Of a stretch of DNA of 64,000 bases, positions 19,401 to 28,979 are shown in pieces. This DNA is from Parcubacteria bacterium C7867-004. Its GTDB lineage: Bacteria; Patescibacteriota; Minisyncoccia; Phycocordibacterales; Phycocordibacteraceae. How positions within the stretch are numbered: the stretch's first letter is position 1; each line of letters opens with the position of its first letter. Under the pieces are notes generated by a model, which saw only the letters and a list, made by a program, of their open reading frames with translations, was not told the DNA's origin and ran no database searches. The translations under genes and the position numbers were made by a program. The stretch lies in NCBI GenBank assembly GCA_001189075.1, contig LFCN01000006.1:237219-301218 (forward strand), given 5' to 3'.

Positions 19401-19529
19401 TATCTGGATCTCCGGAGATGACTCCTTCGGGATAGTTGCCGCAGCGACAACGCCGGCCGCGATAAGCACTACCGCGAGCAGTATCGTGAAGTGGTGCTTA
19501 TTGATGAAGAAGGTCCAGAACTTAGTCAT
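16431..19529 (-). CDS. RND family efflux transporter permease (AcrB/HAE1-like)
   Basis: 1032 aa with 12 TM helices and two large periplasmic loops. Typical RND length and architecture. Confidence 0.9.
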   Translation of the reverse strand: MTKFWTFFINKHHFTILLAVVLIAAGVVAAATIPKESSPEIQIPVGIVTTVLPGASSEDVERLITDKVEDRVLGIENVSKVTSTSGDGVSNVTVEFNASADIDKSIQLLKDEVEKVRPELPGEAEDPSVSDVNFADQPIIIASISGELAPAELTALGETVKDELERIPGVSEVALSGVREREVSVIVEQSKLRQYNLSLSDVTNAIRSSGLASPLGSITVNDISYAVRLEAGLSDPDRVGSIALAGPGGTPLHIRDVAKVVNGLADARTYSRVSVEGAPSAPALGISVFKSRGGNVVTTGNQVKEKLEELKATTLAGTKIVISYDAPKDVNHDLTELTRTGLETVALVMLMLFLTLGWRESIAAAISIPLSFLIAFIGIQASGNTINFISLFSLILAIGILVDSGIVIVEAIHTRFVEYGDKKKAAVTAIKEYAWPLFAGTFTTIAVFVPLFFLSGIVGQFLASIPFTVIFVLLASIFVALGFVPLFSMYIIRPTLSPLEIRQEEYNERAKAWYEKFLRGILGDRKKESRFLIGITVLLFVVLTLPALGLVKVVFFPGEDVDLVYVEIEKPQGTSLSETDLAVREVEELLYADDRIASFVTEVGAGSSFAASGLGGSRAANISVNLKEKRKQTSAEIVEDLRTELGSITSARVTVSEPEGGPPSGAAVSTTFSGDDLGALATAVAQAERILADIPGTTNITTSTKDDSAEFVVNLDTAKASELGVSTLAVADLLRTALYGTEATSIRTGDDDIEVRTKLDLNPGYRDPSETNETTIDAVRSLTVNGINGPVPLSSIATISYEPANTVIRHEDGERIATLSAEAAKGGNPIQITNEFQKQMKNIQLPEGVVVKQGGESEDVNKSFLELILALVGGAALMLAILVLEFNSFRHSLYLLSIIPFSLIGVFIGLMLTGSPLSLTSMLGVIALAGVIINHAIILMDSVARIGRQNPDQSLTDVVVAAASSRFRPIVLTTVVTVVGMIPLSFASAIWGPLAFAIMFGLAFSMVLTLVLIPVLYHRWPGKDVRERYKEL

Positions 19530-19537
19530 GTAGCGAA

Positions 19538-21076
19538 TTAGCGCACCGAGGCTGCGGACTGCGTCTTAACGAGCTCGCCTTCGGAGAGGCCGCGTGCATC
19601 GGTGACGATCCTGAGATCGCCGGGAAGCTCGGAGAGTATCTCGATACGGTCGCCGCGTACTTCGCCTACTTCGACGGGGCGCGCGACGAGACGGGAATCA
19701 GCATCGACCGTAAAGATGATGCGATCACCGGCGCGGAGCTTCACGGAAGCGAGTGGAAGGAGCGCAGGACCTGCGGCCGCAACAACGGTTGTCTGGGGAG
19801 CGAGGTCAGGAAGCGCGATATGCACGGACTGGCCGTTCACGAGATCGTTCGCACCCGTTACGGCGACGTGCACTTCGATTTGCTTGTTGGTGGGATCGAG
19901 CGCTGGAGCGATCGAGGTGATGATGCCGTCACTCTTGCCTTCGACGGTAACCTTGGTGCCCGCAGCAAGGAGATCACGGTCGCCTTCAGAGACGTATGCG
20001 ACGATCTCGAGCGCGCCGTTCTGAGCTACGGTAGCGACGTGCATGAGGTTGGTGACGTAATCGCCGACGCGTATCGGAAGGAAGTTCACCTGTCCTGCGA
20101 TAGGCGCACGGATAACCGTCTTCTCGAGGTTCGCTTGTGCGGCACGAAGCGATCCCAGCGCCTGCTTCACGGACGCGTCAGCGCTCGCGGACGCACCCAC
20201 GCTTCCTGCGCGGTATCCGCTGCGGGCGGCCTGTAGCGACGCGATCACTCCGTCGACGCTCGCGCGTGCAGCGACGAGTGCCGCTGACTGCGTTTCGGTA
20301 GTGCGGGAGTCGCGGCCGTTAGCGGCAACTGCGAGGCGGGCCATGAACGTCGCTACCTGGCGCGCGATCGATTCAGCTTCCTCAAGAAGCGCGAGCGGGT
20401 CACGGGAACCGGCACTTCCAAGCTTCGCGGCATACGCTTCCATGAGTCCGTCGATTCGCTCGCGTTCGCGGGAAAGATTGTCCGCTTCTGCTGCATTGCT
20501 CGCGAGGATAAGGAGATCGGGACCGACCGGCTTCGGGTCGCCGAAGAATTGGTCTACCTGCGTCTCGAGCGCGGTATCGAGGGTGGTGTAGGCGGCGCGA
20601 TATTCCGCAACTGCTTCATCCTTCGTGTCGGGAAGCGACTGCGCGGAGCGGGCGGCGACCGCTGCGTCGTAGGCGCCTTCGGCCTGAAGCACGCTCGCAC
20701 GCTCGGCTGCGTTCTCGAGGCTCGCGATTATGGAACCGGCTGCGACGAATCCGCCGAGCTGGACGTTAACGGCACGGACGGTACCACCGTTCTGGGCGAG
20801 GAGATCCGCCTCGGTGACGCTGCGCACGGTGCCGATGAGATCCACGACACTTCCGGTACCGGAGAGTTCTCCAATGGACGCGAGGGTGACGGTGCGGCTC
20901 TGGTCAGCAGTCTCTTCAGGCTTCGCCGACGTGAGAAGGAAGATTAGTCCGGCGATAGCTGCGGCGAGCACGAGTGCCATAGCGATGCGCTGCCACAGAG
21001 GACGGGCGACATACCACTTCCAAGAGTGGCGTGCTCGAGCGGGTAGAGTATTGAAAAATGCGCGTACGCGCTTCAT
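19538..21076 (-). CDS. efflux RND periplasmic adaptor (HlyD/MFP family)
   Basis: N-terminal TM, coiled-coil hairpin and a β-barrel region (TVIRAPIAGQV). Immediately upstream of the RND gene. Confidence 0.8.
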   Translation of the reverse strand: MKRVRAFFNTLPARARHSWKWYVARPLWQRIAMALVLAAAIAGLIFLLTSAKPEETADQSRTVTLASIGELSGTGSVVDLIGTVRSVTEADLLAQNGGTVRAVNVQLGGFVAAGSIIASLENAAERASVLQAEGAYDAAVAARSAQSLPDTKDEAVAEYRAAYTTLDTALETQVDQFFGDPKPVGPDLLILASNAAEADNLSRERERIDGLMEAYAAKLGSAGSRDPLALLEEAESIARQVATFMARLAVAANGRDSRTTETQSAALVAARASVDGVIASLQAARSGYRAGSVGASASADASVKQALGSLRAAQANLEKTVIRAPIAGQVNFLPIRVGDYVTNLMHVATVAQNGALEIVAYVSEGDRDLLAAGTKVTVEGKSDGIITSIAPALDPTNKQIEVHVAVTGANDLVNGQSVHIALPDLAPQTTVVAAAGPALLPLASVKLRAGDRIIFTVDADSRLVARPVEVGEVRGDRIEILSELPGDLRIVTDARGLSEGELVKTQSAASVR

Positions 21077-21186
21077 GAGGACGGCTGGTTTCATATGTAT
21101 TTACTACACTATTTTATCAGTAATGTCAATTTGTAGGCCGTCTCAGAAGGAAGAAGATGCGGAGGCGAAGTGGTATCCTTATATCC

Positions 21187-22029
21187 ATGAAATTCCACGA
21201 GTACGTCGACCACCACCATACCTTTATGTACCTCTGGATCGTGGGCGCGCTCTTGGTTCTCGGGGGACTTGCCTATTCCTATATAGATACGCATCCGCAG
21301 GGCGTGCTCGACGGCCAGCATGAAGGGGATGTCCGTACCCTTATCGGCGCATTCGGCAACCAGCTAAATACAGTCTCGCTCCTTTCTCCGGAGGCTGCGG
21401 AAGATATCCGCAAGGCATACGGTCCGTATGCGACGCCCGAACTCGTTGAGGCTTGGGCTGCGGATCCTGCAACCGCGCCGGGACGACTCACCTCAAGTCC
21501 CTGGCCCGATCACATCGAGATCGCAAGCGTGATCATGACTCCGCCTGATTCCTACGCCGTCGAAGGAGAGATCATGCTCGTTACCTCAAGCGGGGACGCC
21601 GGAAGCGTGCCGGTCTCGTTTACGGTTGCGAGGGTAGCCGATCGGTATCTCATCACCTCGTATCGGGAACAGCGCGGTACGTCTGCGGAAGCGCTCCCGA
21701 TTCCTGGTACGGTTGAAGCGAGAACGGTTGCGCTTGGCGAGATCGTGACCGCGTTCGGCGTTTCCGTTACACCCCTCGAAGTTGTCGAGGACAGTCGATG
21801 TCCTGCGAACGCGAATTGCATCCAAGCAGGTACCGTGCGTGTACAGGGAACCTTCGAAGACAAGACGGGCAAGATAGATGCGGTGTTCGGCCTCGGTGTC
21901 GAGATGTCTGGAGTCATCGATGGACCGACTGCGTTCGTGACGCTTACCGAAGTCACGCCTCTGAAGTCGACCTCGACAACCATTGATCCAAGCGACTACC
22001 GCTTCACATTCAAGTTCGAGTACCGCTAG
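21187..22029 (+). CDS. hypothetical membrane-anchored protein
   Basis: N-terminal TM helix and a β-rich ectodomain with a Cys pair (RCPANANC). Confidence 0.45.
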   Translation: MKFHEYVDHHHTFMYLWIVGALLVLGGLAYSYIDTHPQGVLDGQHEGDVRTLIGAFGNQLNTVSLLSPEAAEDIRKAYGPYATPELVEAWAADPATAPGRLTSSPWPDHIEIASVIMTPPDSYAVEGEIMLVTSSGDAGSVPVSFTVARVADRYLITSYREQRGTSAEALPIPGTVEARTVALGEIVTAFGVSVTPLEVVEDSRCPANANCIQAGTVRVQGTFEDKTGKIDAVFGLGVEMSGVIDGPTAFVTLTEVTPLKSTSTTIDPSDYRFTFKFEYR

Positions 22030-22095
22030 GGTTTTTATCTTTTCTTTAACTTTTTCTTAACAGGCCTTGAATATCCGGTCTGCTAGTATGCGCCT

Positions 22096-23769
22096 ATGAC
22101 CCAGAACGAGGCGCTCGCCATTTTGAAGACTGGAGCGAATGTATTCCTTACCGGAGAGCCCGGAAGCGGGAAGACGCATACCGTGAACGCGTACATTGCG
22201 TGGCTACGTTCGCATGGTATTGATCCCGCTATAACCGCGTCTACCGGCATCGCCGCGACGCACGTGGGCGGCATGACGCTCCATGCCTGGGCAGGCATCG
22301 GCATTGCGGAACGCATGACGCCGCAGCTCCTCGATGCGATCGCGAGCAAGGAGCATGTCGCGAAGCGTCTTCAGCGCGCGAAGGTGCTTATCATCGATGA
22401 GGTATCGATGCTTTCTGCGAATGTGCTCTCGATGGTAGACGAAGTTGCGCGTGAAGTGCGGCACGAGCCCCATGAAGCGTTCGGCGGACTGCAGGTAGTG
22501 TTTGTCGGCGATTTCTTCCAGCTCCCGCCAGTCTCGCGCACGGAAACCTCGTTCGCGTTCGAATCCCCGGCGTGGGCAAATGCTCGGCCGATGATCTGTT
22601 ACTTGTCCGAACAGCATCGCCAGGACGACGAGCGGTTGCTCGACGTCCTCTCAGCGATACGCGGCGGCACCTGGGACCATACGCATGTTTCCATCATCAC
22701 CGCTCGGGAAGCCGAATTCGAGGTTATCGAGGACGGCATCCCGCAGTTATTCACGCATAACGCGGATGTCGACCGGATGAACGAGGAACGGCTGAGCCGG
22801 CTTTCGGGCAAAGAGCACGTGTATCTCATGCAAAGTGCAGGAACGCCTGCGCTTACCGAAGCGCTCAAGCGGGGCTGCCTCTCTCCGGAGAGGCTTGTAC
22901 TCAAGGAAGGTGCTGTCGTCATGGCGACGAAGAACAATCCGATCGCGGGGTATTCGAACGGCACGCTTGGTACCGTCATCGATTTCGAATCAGGTACTGA
23001 TTTTCCGATCATAGAAACGCGCGACGGTCGCGAGATAACCGTGCAGCCTGTCGACTGGGCAGTCGAAGAGAATGCAAAGGTCCGCGCTAAGCTCACGCAG
23101 TTTCCGCTCAGGCTCGCGTGGGCGATAACGGTGCACAAGAGTCAGGGACAGAGTCTTGATGCAGCTGCGATCGATCTCTCTCGTGCATTCGAGCACGGAC
23201 AGGGGTATGTTGCACTTTCTCGCGTGCGCAGGCTCGACGGCCTCTTCTTGCTCGGATGGAGCGAGATGGCGCTCTCGGTGCATCCGCGCGTATCCGCACT
23301 TGATGTGGAATTCCGCGAAGCGTCAGCCGCAGCTGCTGAAGCGTTCGCGGAGCTTGAAGAGAGTGGGGAGCGGAAGCAGATGGAGAAGAATTTCATACTG
23401 GCCTCGGGAGGTACGCTCGAATCAAAAGAAGGAACGGCTGGGGCGATTGTTCCGAAAGCAACCACCTACGACCTGACGCTCGCGCTCATCGAAGCCGGGA
23501 AGACGTTAGTTGAGATCGCGAAGGAACGCTCGCTCACAATCGGCACGATCGCGGACCATGCCGACAAACTGGTATCGGCAGGACGCGTTACTGCCTCGAC
23601 CCTTGAGGAGATCATTCCAGACCGCCTAAAGAAGGCGCTCCCGAAGATATTTGAAGCCTTCGAGAAGAAGGGGGCCGAAAAACTTACTCCGGCGTATTCT
23701 ACTCTTAAAGGAAAGTATTCCTATGACGAGTTGAAGCTGGCGCGCGTGCTGTTCCTGCGGCGTGCGTAG
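22096..23769 (+). CDS. PIF1/RecD-like ATP-dependent DNA helicase with C-terminal HTH
   Basis: Walker A GEPGSGKT. Walker B LIIDEVSM. Helicase motif VHKSQGQSLD. Confidence 0.8.
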   Translation: MTQNEALAILKTGANVFLTGEPGSGKTHTVNAYIAWLRSHGIDPAITASTGIAATHVGGMTLHAWAGIGIAERMTPQLLDAIASKEHVAKRLQRAKVLIIDEVSMLSANVLSMVDEVAREVRHEPHEAFGGLQVVFVGDFFQLPPVSRTETSFAFESPAWANARPMICYLSEQHRQDDERLLDVLSAIRGGTWDHTHVSIITAREAEFEVIEDGIPQLFTHNADVDRMNEERLSRLSGKEHVYLMQSAGTPALTEALKRGCLSPERLVLKEGAVVMATKNNPIAGYSNGTLGTVIDFESGTDFPIIETRDGREITVQPVDWAVEENAKVRAKLTQFPLRLAWAITVHKSQGQSLDAAAIDLSRAFEHGQGYVALSRVRRLDGLFLLGWSEMALSVHPRVSALDVEFREASAAAAEAFAELEESGERKQMEKNFILASGGTLESKEGTAGAIVPKATTYDLTLALIEAGKTLVEIAKERSLTIGTIADHADKLVSAGRVTASTLEEIIPDRLKKALPKIFEAFEKKGAEKLTPAYSTLKGKYSYDELKLARVLFLRRA

Positions 23770-23776
23770 GTTTTGA

Positions 23777-24811
23777 ATGGGTTACAATAGTCCCGACATG
23801 CATGTTCAGGTTGTTGAGACAGTCAGACACCGGCGTCCATCACGCCGGATCCTCGTTATAGGGCTGGTAGCGTTCGTCATCGTCCTTGCGGGAAGCCTTC
23901 TCGCGTACGCGCGTTATTTCGGTCCCGCAGATGAGTACGCTGCCATGAGCGAGTTCCTCGTCACGCCGGACCAAGAGTTCGCGGTTATCGCTCATGACCT
24001 CAAAGTTGCCGGCTACATCCGCAGTATCACCGCGTTCCGCGTCGCGTTCGCGCTTACGGGAAATATCCGGGGCGTGCGGGAGGGAGGATATCGCATCAGT
24101 CCGTCGATGGACGCGTGGAGTATTGCCTCCGCGCTCGCGCATCCGCCGTATCTGGCGTGGGTAACCTTCAAGCCGGGACTGCGCAAAGAAGAGATAGCAA
24201 CCATTCTCGCGAAGAAGCTCGAGTGGACTCCCGAAGAGAAGGAGACGTGGCTTACCGTTGATACCGTACCGAACGCGTCGCAGGCGGAAGGTGTGTATCC
24301 CGGAGGCACCTATCTCATCCCGTCTGATCGAACACCGGCGGAAGTCGCGGTGCAATTGCGCGCCCGCTTCCAGGAAGAGTTCGCACCCTACGCGGAGCTC
24401 GTTATCGAGAAGAACATCACGTGGACCGAAGCGATAACGATGGCTTCCCTTATTGAGCGCGAGGCAGCGAAAAGCGACAAGGCGCTCATCGCGGGTATCC
24501 TCTGGAATCGCATCAATGATGGTATGCGCTTGCAGGTAGACGCGACGCTACAGTACATCCGAGGAGAGGAAGGGAACTGGTGGCCAGTGCCGAACGTCGA
24601 GGATAAGAAGATTGATTCTCCGTACAATACCTATAAATACGCGGGGCTCCCGCCGCATCCGATCGCGAATCCTTCGATAGAGTCCATCGAAGCCGCGCTT
24701 AATCCCGAGAAGACGAAGTGCATCTATTATCTCCATGACACCGATGGCGTTATTCATTGCTCGCCGACCTACGCGGGGCAGGTTGCGAACGTGAATAAGT
24801 ACTTGAAATAG
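23777..24811 (+). CDS. mltG: endolytic murein transglycosylase MltG (YceG family)
   Basis: N-terminal TM and the YceG-like domain (GLPPHPIANPS..., ...YYLHDTDG). Confidence 0.8.
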   Translation: MGYNSPDMHVQVVETVRHRRPSRRILVIGLVAFVIVLAGSLLAYARYFGPADEYAAMSEFLVTPDQEFAVIAHDLKVAGYIRSITAFRVAFALTGNIRGVREGGYRISPSMDAWSIASALAHPPYLAWVTFKPGLRKEEIATILAKKLEWTPEEKETWLTVDTVPNASQAEGVYPGGTYLIPSDRTPAEVAVQLRARFQEEFAPYAELVIEKNITWTEAITMASLIEREAAKSDKALIAGILWNRINDGMRLQVDATLQYIRGEEGNWWPVPNVEDKKIDSPYNTYKYAGLPPHPIANPSIESIEAALNPEKTKCIYYLHDTDGVIHCSPTYAGQVANVNKYLK

Positions 24812-24908
24812 CTTGGAACACGCCGTTGACGCTTTACCTATATAAGGTTATTCTATTTTCATCAGCCCGCAGGGCCTTTTTATTTTACCCACGCCAGCTT
24901 AGATCCCT

Positions 24909-26702
24909 ATGGAAATCCGAAATATCGCTATCATCGCCCACGTGGACCACGGCAAGACCACGCTGACCGACGCCATCATGAAGCAGACCGGTGCGGCTCC
25001 TGAGGGCCTCTCCATGGACTCGAACGCTCTCGAGCACGAGCGCGGCATCACCATTTACTCGAAGAACACCTCCATCGAGTACAAGGGAACGAAGATCAAC
25101 ATCGTCGACACCCCTGGCCACTCCGACTTCGGTTCGGAGGTTGAGCGCGTGCTCCGCTCCATCGACTCGGTGCTCCTGATCGTGGACGCACAGGAAGGTC
25201 CGATGCCGCAGACCCGCTTCGTGCTGAAGAAGTCGCTCGAGTTGGGCCTCAAGCCTATTGTCGTACTCAACAAGATCGACAAGCCAGCCGCTGATCCCGC
25301 ACGCGCTGAAGAGCAGGTGCTTGAGCTCTTCTACGATCTCGGCGCTTCTGACGAGCAGTCTGATTTCACTACGGTATACGCGATCGGCCGCGAAGGCGTC
25401 GCGATGCGCAAGCTCGACGACGAGAGGGTTGATCTCTCTCCGCTCCTCGACGTGATCCTCGAGAAGGTGACGCCGACGGCCAGCGATGTCGAATCCGCAA
25501 AGCCGCTCAAGCTCCAGACCTTCAACCTCGCCTACGATAACTTCCTCGGACGCCTCGCTATCGGTCGCGTGTACGAAGGTATCGTGAAGGCAGGACAGAA
25601 CGTCATCGTGAAGAAGCCGGACGGCACCTCACGCAACGCGAAGATCACCAAGGTCTTCACCTTCAAGGGCATCGAGCGCGTCGACGTCGAGCAGGCGGTG
25701 GCAGGTGACATCGTCATCATCGCGGGAATCGCTGACGCCTACATCGGCGAGACGGTCACTACCGACCCTGAGGTCGAGGCGATGCCGGCTATCGCTATCG
25801 ACGAGCCGACCATCACCGTGAACTTCCTCGTGAACAACTCTCCGTTCGCCGGAAAGGAGGGCAAGTTCGTCACGAGCCGTCAGCTGCGTGACTATCTCGA
25901 GAAGGAGCTCGAGGTTAACGTAGGACTCAAGGTTGATTTCCATTCGCCTGACGCATTCAAGGTGTCAGGTCGTGGCGAGCTCCACATCGCGATCCTTCTT
26001 GAGAACATGCGCCGTGCCGGCTACGAGATGCAGGTCTCTCAGCCGCAGGTCATCATCCGCGAGGAGGACGGCGTGAAAGTCGAGCCGTACGAGGAGGTCA
26101 CTATCGATACACCGACCGAATTCCAGGGCTCCATCATCGAGCGTCTCGGTACGCGCGCGTTCGTCCTTCAGAACCTCGTGCAGACCAACGACCAGGTGCG
26201 CCTCACCCTCGAAGGCCCGACCCGCGGACTCCTCGGCTACCGCAACCAGTTCGTCGTCGACACCAAGGGCGAAGGCATCCTCTCTTCACGCGTCATCGGC
26301 TTCAAGCCGTACGCAGGAGAGATCAAGAAGCGCCAGGTTGGCTCGATGATCTCCATGGCTTCAGGCAAGTCTCTCGGCTATGCGCTTTGGGGTCTTCAGG
26401 AGCGCGGCGTGCTCTACATCGTTCCTGCTACGGAAGTGTACGAGGGCATGGTTATCGGAAACACCTCGAAGGGCGAGGAAATGATGGCGAACCCAACGAA
26501 GGGAAAGAACCAGTCCAACGTTCGTTCCTCGGGTATGGACGAGGCTATCAATCTCGTGCCGGCCTACACCCTCACCATCGAGCGCGGACTCGAAGTCATG
26601 TCGGAAGACGAATACCTCGAGATCACGCCGACCTCGGTGCGTCTGCGCAAGCAATTCCTCAATGAGAGCGAACGCGTGAAGGCTCGTAGCAAGAACAAGT
26701 AG
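24909..26702 (+). CDS. typA: translational GTPase TypA/BipA
   Basis: [25 protein letters not shown] and NKIDK G-motifs in the EF-G-like domain order. Confidence 0.95.
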   Translation: MEIRNIAIIAHVDHGKTTLTDAIMKQTGAAPEGLSMDSNALEHERGITIYSKNTSIEYKGTKINIVDTPGHSDFGSEVERVLRSIDSVLLIVDAQEGPMPQTRFVLKKSLELGLKPIVVLNKIDKPAADPARAEEQVLELFYDLGASDEQSDFTTVYAIGREGVAMRKLDDERVDLSPLLDVILEKVTPTASDVESAKPLKLQTFNLAYDNFLGRLAIGRVYEGIVKAGQNVIVKKPDGTSRNAKITKVFTFKGIERVDVEQAVAGDIVIIAGIADAYIGETVTTDPEVEAMPAIAIDEPTITVNFLVNNSPFAGKEGKFVTSRQLRDYLEKELEVNVGLKVDFHSPDAFKVSGRGELHIAILLENMRRAGYEMQVSQPQVIIREEDGVKVEPYEEVTIDTPTEFQGSIIERLGTRAFVLQNLVQTNDQVRLTLEGPTRGLLGYRNQFVVDTKGEGILSSRVIGFKPYAGEIKKRQVGSMISMASGKSLGYALWGLQERGVLYIVPATEVYEGMVIGNTSKGEEMMANPTKGKNQSNVRSSGMDEAINLVPAYTLTIERGLEVMSEDEYLEITPTSVRLRKQFLNESERVKARSKNK

Positions 26703-26723
26703 GGTTCATTTTGGAACCAGTAA

Positions 26724-26757
26724 TGAAGGGCGGTGCCGCAGGGCACCGCCCTTCATT
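26724..26757 (+). terminator. intrinsic terminator after typA
   Basis: ATGAAGGGCGGTGCCgcagGGCACCGCCCTTCAT, then ATT. Confidence 0.6.
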
Positions 26758-26814
26758 AATTCTCCAGACGGATTTTCGTATGGTTTCCTGTATTAGAACC
26801 ATAAATCATATTCC

Positions 26815-26967
26815 ATGCTGTACACCATCGCCGTCATACTTCTCGTGCTCTGGCTTCTGGGTCTCGTGACGTCGTACACTATCGGCGGGTTCATCCATCT
26901 TCTCCTGGTTGTTGCGATAGTCATGGTGATGATTCGTCTCATACAGGGACGCAACCCGATCGCGTAA
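26815..26967 (+). CDS. lmo0937-family small membrane protein (50 aa)
   Basis: MLYTIAVILLVLWLLGLVTSYTIGGFIHLLLVVAIVMVMIRLIQGRNPIA. Not in the ORF track because it is under 60 aa. Confidence 0.55.
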   Translation: MLYTIAVILLVLWLLGLVTSYTIGGFIHLLLVVAIVMVMIRLIQGRNPIA

Positions 26968-26980
26968 ATAACGTAGATTG

Positions 26981-27030
26981 CCTATTGGCAGGAAACGAGC
27001 GCCACGTTCTGTGGCGCTCGTTTCCAATAG
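26981..27030 (+). promoter_or_regulatory. long near-perfect hairpin in DEAD-box helicase leader
   Basis: CCTATTGGcaGGAAACGAGCGCCACgttcTGTGGCGCTCGTTTCCaATAGG forms a ~23-bp stem with no U-tract. Confidence 0.45.
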
Positions 27031-27233
27031 GGCTTGCTAAAATACGTACGTCTGCTATACTAGTTTCACAACGGTTACTCCATTGTTTGTCGTCCAGGGA
27101 GCCAAGGCTCAAAGGACCACGGGGCTACGCGCGAAACGCAACGCCTACACGCACAGAGAACGGTTGGAGTCGGTTTTCCGACGACCTTATACACAACCAA
27201 GGCACGGCGCACCCGTGCGAACAACAACACTAC

Positions 27234-28670
27234 ATGGATCAGAAGAACAACCAGCGCTCGCGTGGCGGAAGCCGTGGCGCAGCGCCATCACGCCGTCCCG
27301 GCGGTCGCGATACCCGCATGAGCTCCGCATACGAAGCAGGTATGAAGTTCGCGCTCGATAACGGCTTCAAGCGACCGATGACGGCCGCGGTAGAGCCGCG
27401 TCGCCGTCCTTCGGGAGGCGGAGCTTCACGTGGCGGACCCCGTCGCGATAGCGGCTCGTCGTCGAGCCGTGGCGGATACTCACGCGACGCAGGTCGGGGC
27501 GCGGATCGCGGTGGCTCACGCGGCGGAAGCCGTGGTGGCGGTCGCGGATTCCAGGAGATGCACGTCGACCTCGCAAAGCTCGTCAACAAGGCGCAGCCGC
27601 ACGAGGAAGTCGAGGCATACGTCCCGACCCACGCATTCGCTGACTTCGCTATCGATGAGCGTCTCAAGGACAACATCATCGCGAAGGGCTACATCACCCC
27701 GACCCCTATCCAGGATCAGTCGATCCCGCACGTCCTTCTCGGGAAGGATATCGTCGGCATGGCGAACACCGGAACAGGAAAGACCGCGGCATTCCTCATT
27801 CCGCTTATCGATAAAGTGCTTAAGTTCCGCGCGATCGGCACTGATGAGCGCGTGCTTATCATGGTTCCGACCCGCGAGCTCGCTATCCAGATCGAGGCCG
27901 AGTTCTTCGGCTTCGCGAAGGGGCTCCAGCTCTCGTCCGTTACCTGTGTCGGTGGCGCGAACATCACGCCGCAGATCCGCCTCCTTCAAAGGAAGCCGTC
28001 ATTCGTCATCGGTACTCCGGGACGCCTCAAGGACCTCATGGAGCGCCGCGATCTCGATCTCTCGAAGTTCGGCACCGTTGTCCTCGACGAGGCTGATCGC
28101 ATGCTCGACATGGGATTCATCGACGACATGCGCTTCATCATGAGCACGATGCGCGCTGAGCGCCACACGCTCTTCTTCTCGGCGACCATGTCCCGGGAGA
28201 TCCAGGCTCTCATCGGCGCATTCCTCAACGATCCCGTCTCGGTATCGGTGAAGACCCGCGAGACTTCGCACACTATCGAGCAGGACGTTGTGCGCGTTCC
28301 GCATGCTCAGAAATTCGAGAAGCTCGTCGAGCTTCTCTCGACTCCGGGCTTTGACAAGGTGCTCGTCTTCGGACGTACCAAGCACGGCGTCGAACGCCTC
28401 GCGAAGGATCTCCGTCACCGCGGCATCAAGTCTGATTCCATCCATGGAAACAAGACGCATGGCGCGCGCCAGAAAGCCCTTACCGCTTTCAAGCGCGGGG
28501 AAGCGAGCGTGCTTACCGCTACCGACGTTGCCGCTCGCGGTCTCGATATCTCGGGCGTTTCGCACGTCATCAACTATGACCTGCCGTCGACCTACGAGGA
28601 CTATACGCACCGCATCGGTCGTACCGGGCGCGCGGGACAGGCAGGCATGGCGCTTACCTTCATTCCGTAA
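27234..28670 (+). CDS. DEAD-box ATP-dependent RNA helicase with N-terminal RG-rich tail
   Basis: Q-motif, AxTGTGKT, PTRELA, DEAD (VLDEADRM), SAT and HRIGRTGR. ~100-aa RGG/SR N-terminus. ORF opens at 26985, but MDQKNNQ at 27234 is the likely start. Confidence 0.85.
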   Translation: MDQKNNQRSRGGSRGAAPSRRPGGRDTRMSSAYEAGMKFALDNGFKRPMTAAVEPRRRPSGGGASRGGPRRDSGSSSSRGGYSRDAGRGADRGGSRGGSRGGGRGFQEMHVDLAKLVNKAQPHEEVEAYVPTHAFADFAIDERLKDNIIAKGYITPTPIQDQSIPHVLLGKDIVGMANTGTGKTAAFLIPLIDKVLKFRAIGTDERVLIMVPTRELAIQIEAEFFGFAKGLQLSSVTCVGGANITPQIRLLQRKPSFVIGTPGRLKDLMERRDLDLSKFGTVVLDEADRMLDMGFIDDMRFIMSTMRAERHTLFFSATMSREIQALIGAFLNDPVSVSVKTRETSHTIEQDVVRVPHAQKFEKLVELLSTPGFDKVLVFGRTKHGVERLAKDLRHRGIKSDSIHGNKTHGARQKALTAFKRGEASVLTATDVAARGLDISGVSHVINYDLPSTYEDYTHRIGRTGRAGQAGMALTFIP

Positions 28671-28700
28671 GCAGCCGTCATCGAATACCAGGATAAGCCG

Positions 28701-28727
28701 AAAAAGCCCCGTTTTGCGGGGCTTTTT
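28701..28727 (+). terminator. intrinsic terminator after DEAD-box gene
   Basis: AAAAAGCCCCGttttGCGGGGCTTTTT. Confidence 0.7.
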
Positions 28728-28753
28728 CATGCCTACGGCTCCCGGCGGGAACA

Positions 28754-28781
28754 TTGACATATTTCTATTATGGTATATGAT
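28754..28781 (+). promoter_or_regulatory. sigma70-like promoter for the 28.9-31.6 kb module
   Basis: TTGACA, 16 nt, TATGAT, preceded by TG. Confidence 0.5.
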
Positions 28782-28823
28782 TAGAACAGGAAAAAAGTAC
28801 CTTGACAATAGAGGTTAGTACAC

Positions 28824-28880
28824 GGGCGGTTGCAGCCATAAGCGGCCTAGTTCTTAGGCCATTTACGGCTGCAACCGACC
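28824..28880 (+). promoter_or_regulatory. nested inverted-repeat element in 5' leader
   Basis: GGGCGGTTGCAGCC...GGCTGCAACCGaCCC outer stem encloses the inner palindrome GGCCTAGttcCTAGGCC. Confidence 0.45.
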
Positions 28881-28979
28881 CAACCCATCATGATGGTGGA
28901 CGGACAACAGCTCGTGTTGAGGCGATGCCTCGATGCAGATCACCTTTCCACCATCAGCAAATCTCAAGGAGACACCCTC

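Noticed and set aside
16476-19533. Multiple 60-170 aa ORFs on the + strand inside the RND transporter gene
   Set aside because: Antisense frames of a GC-rich 3.1-kb gene. Ser/Arg/Pro-rich translations with no independent signals.
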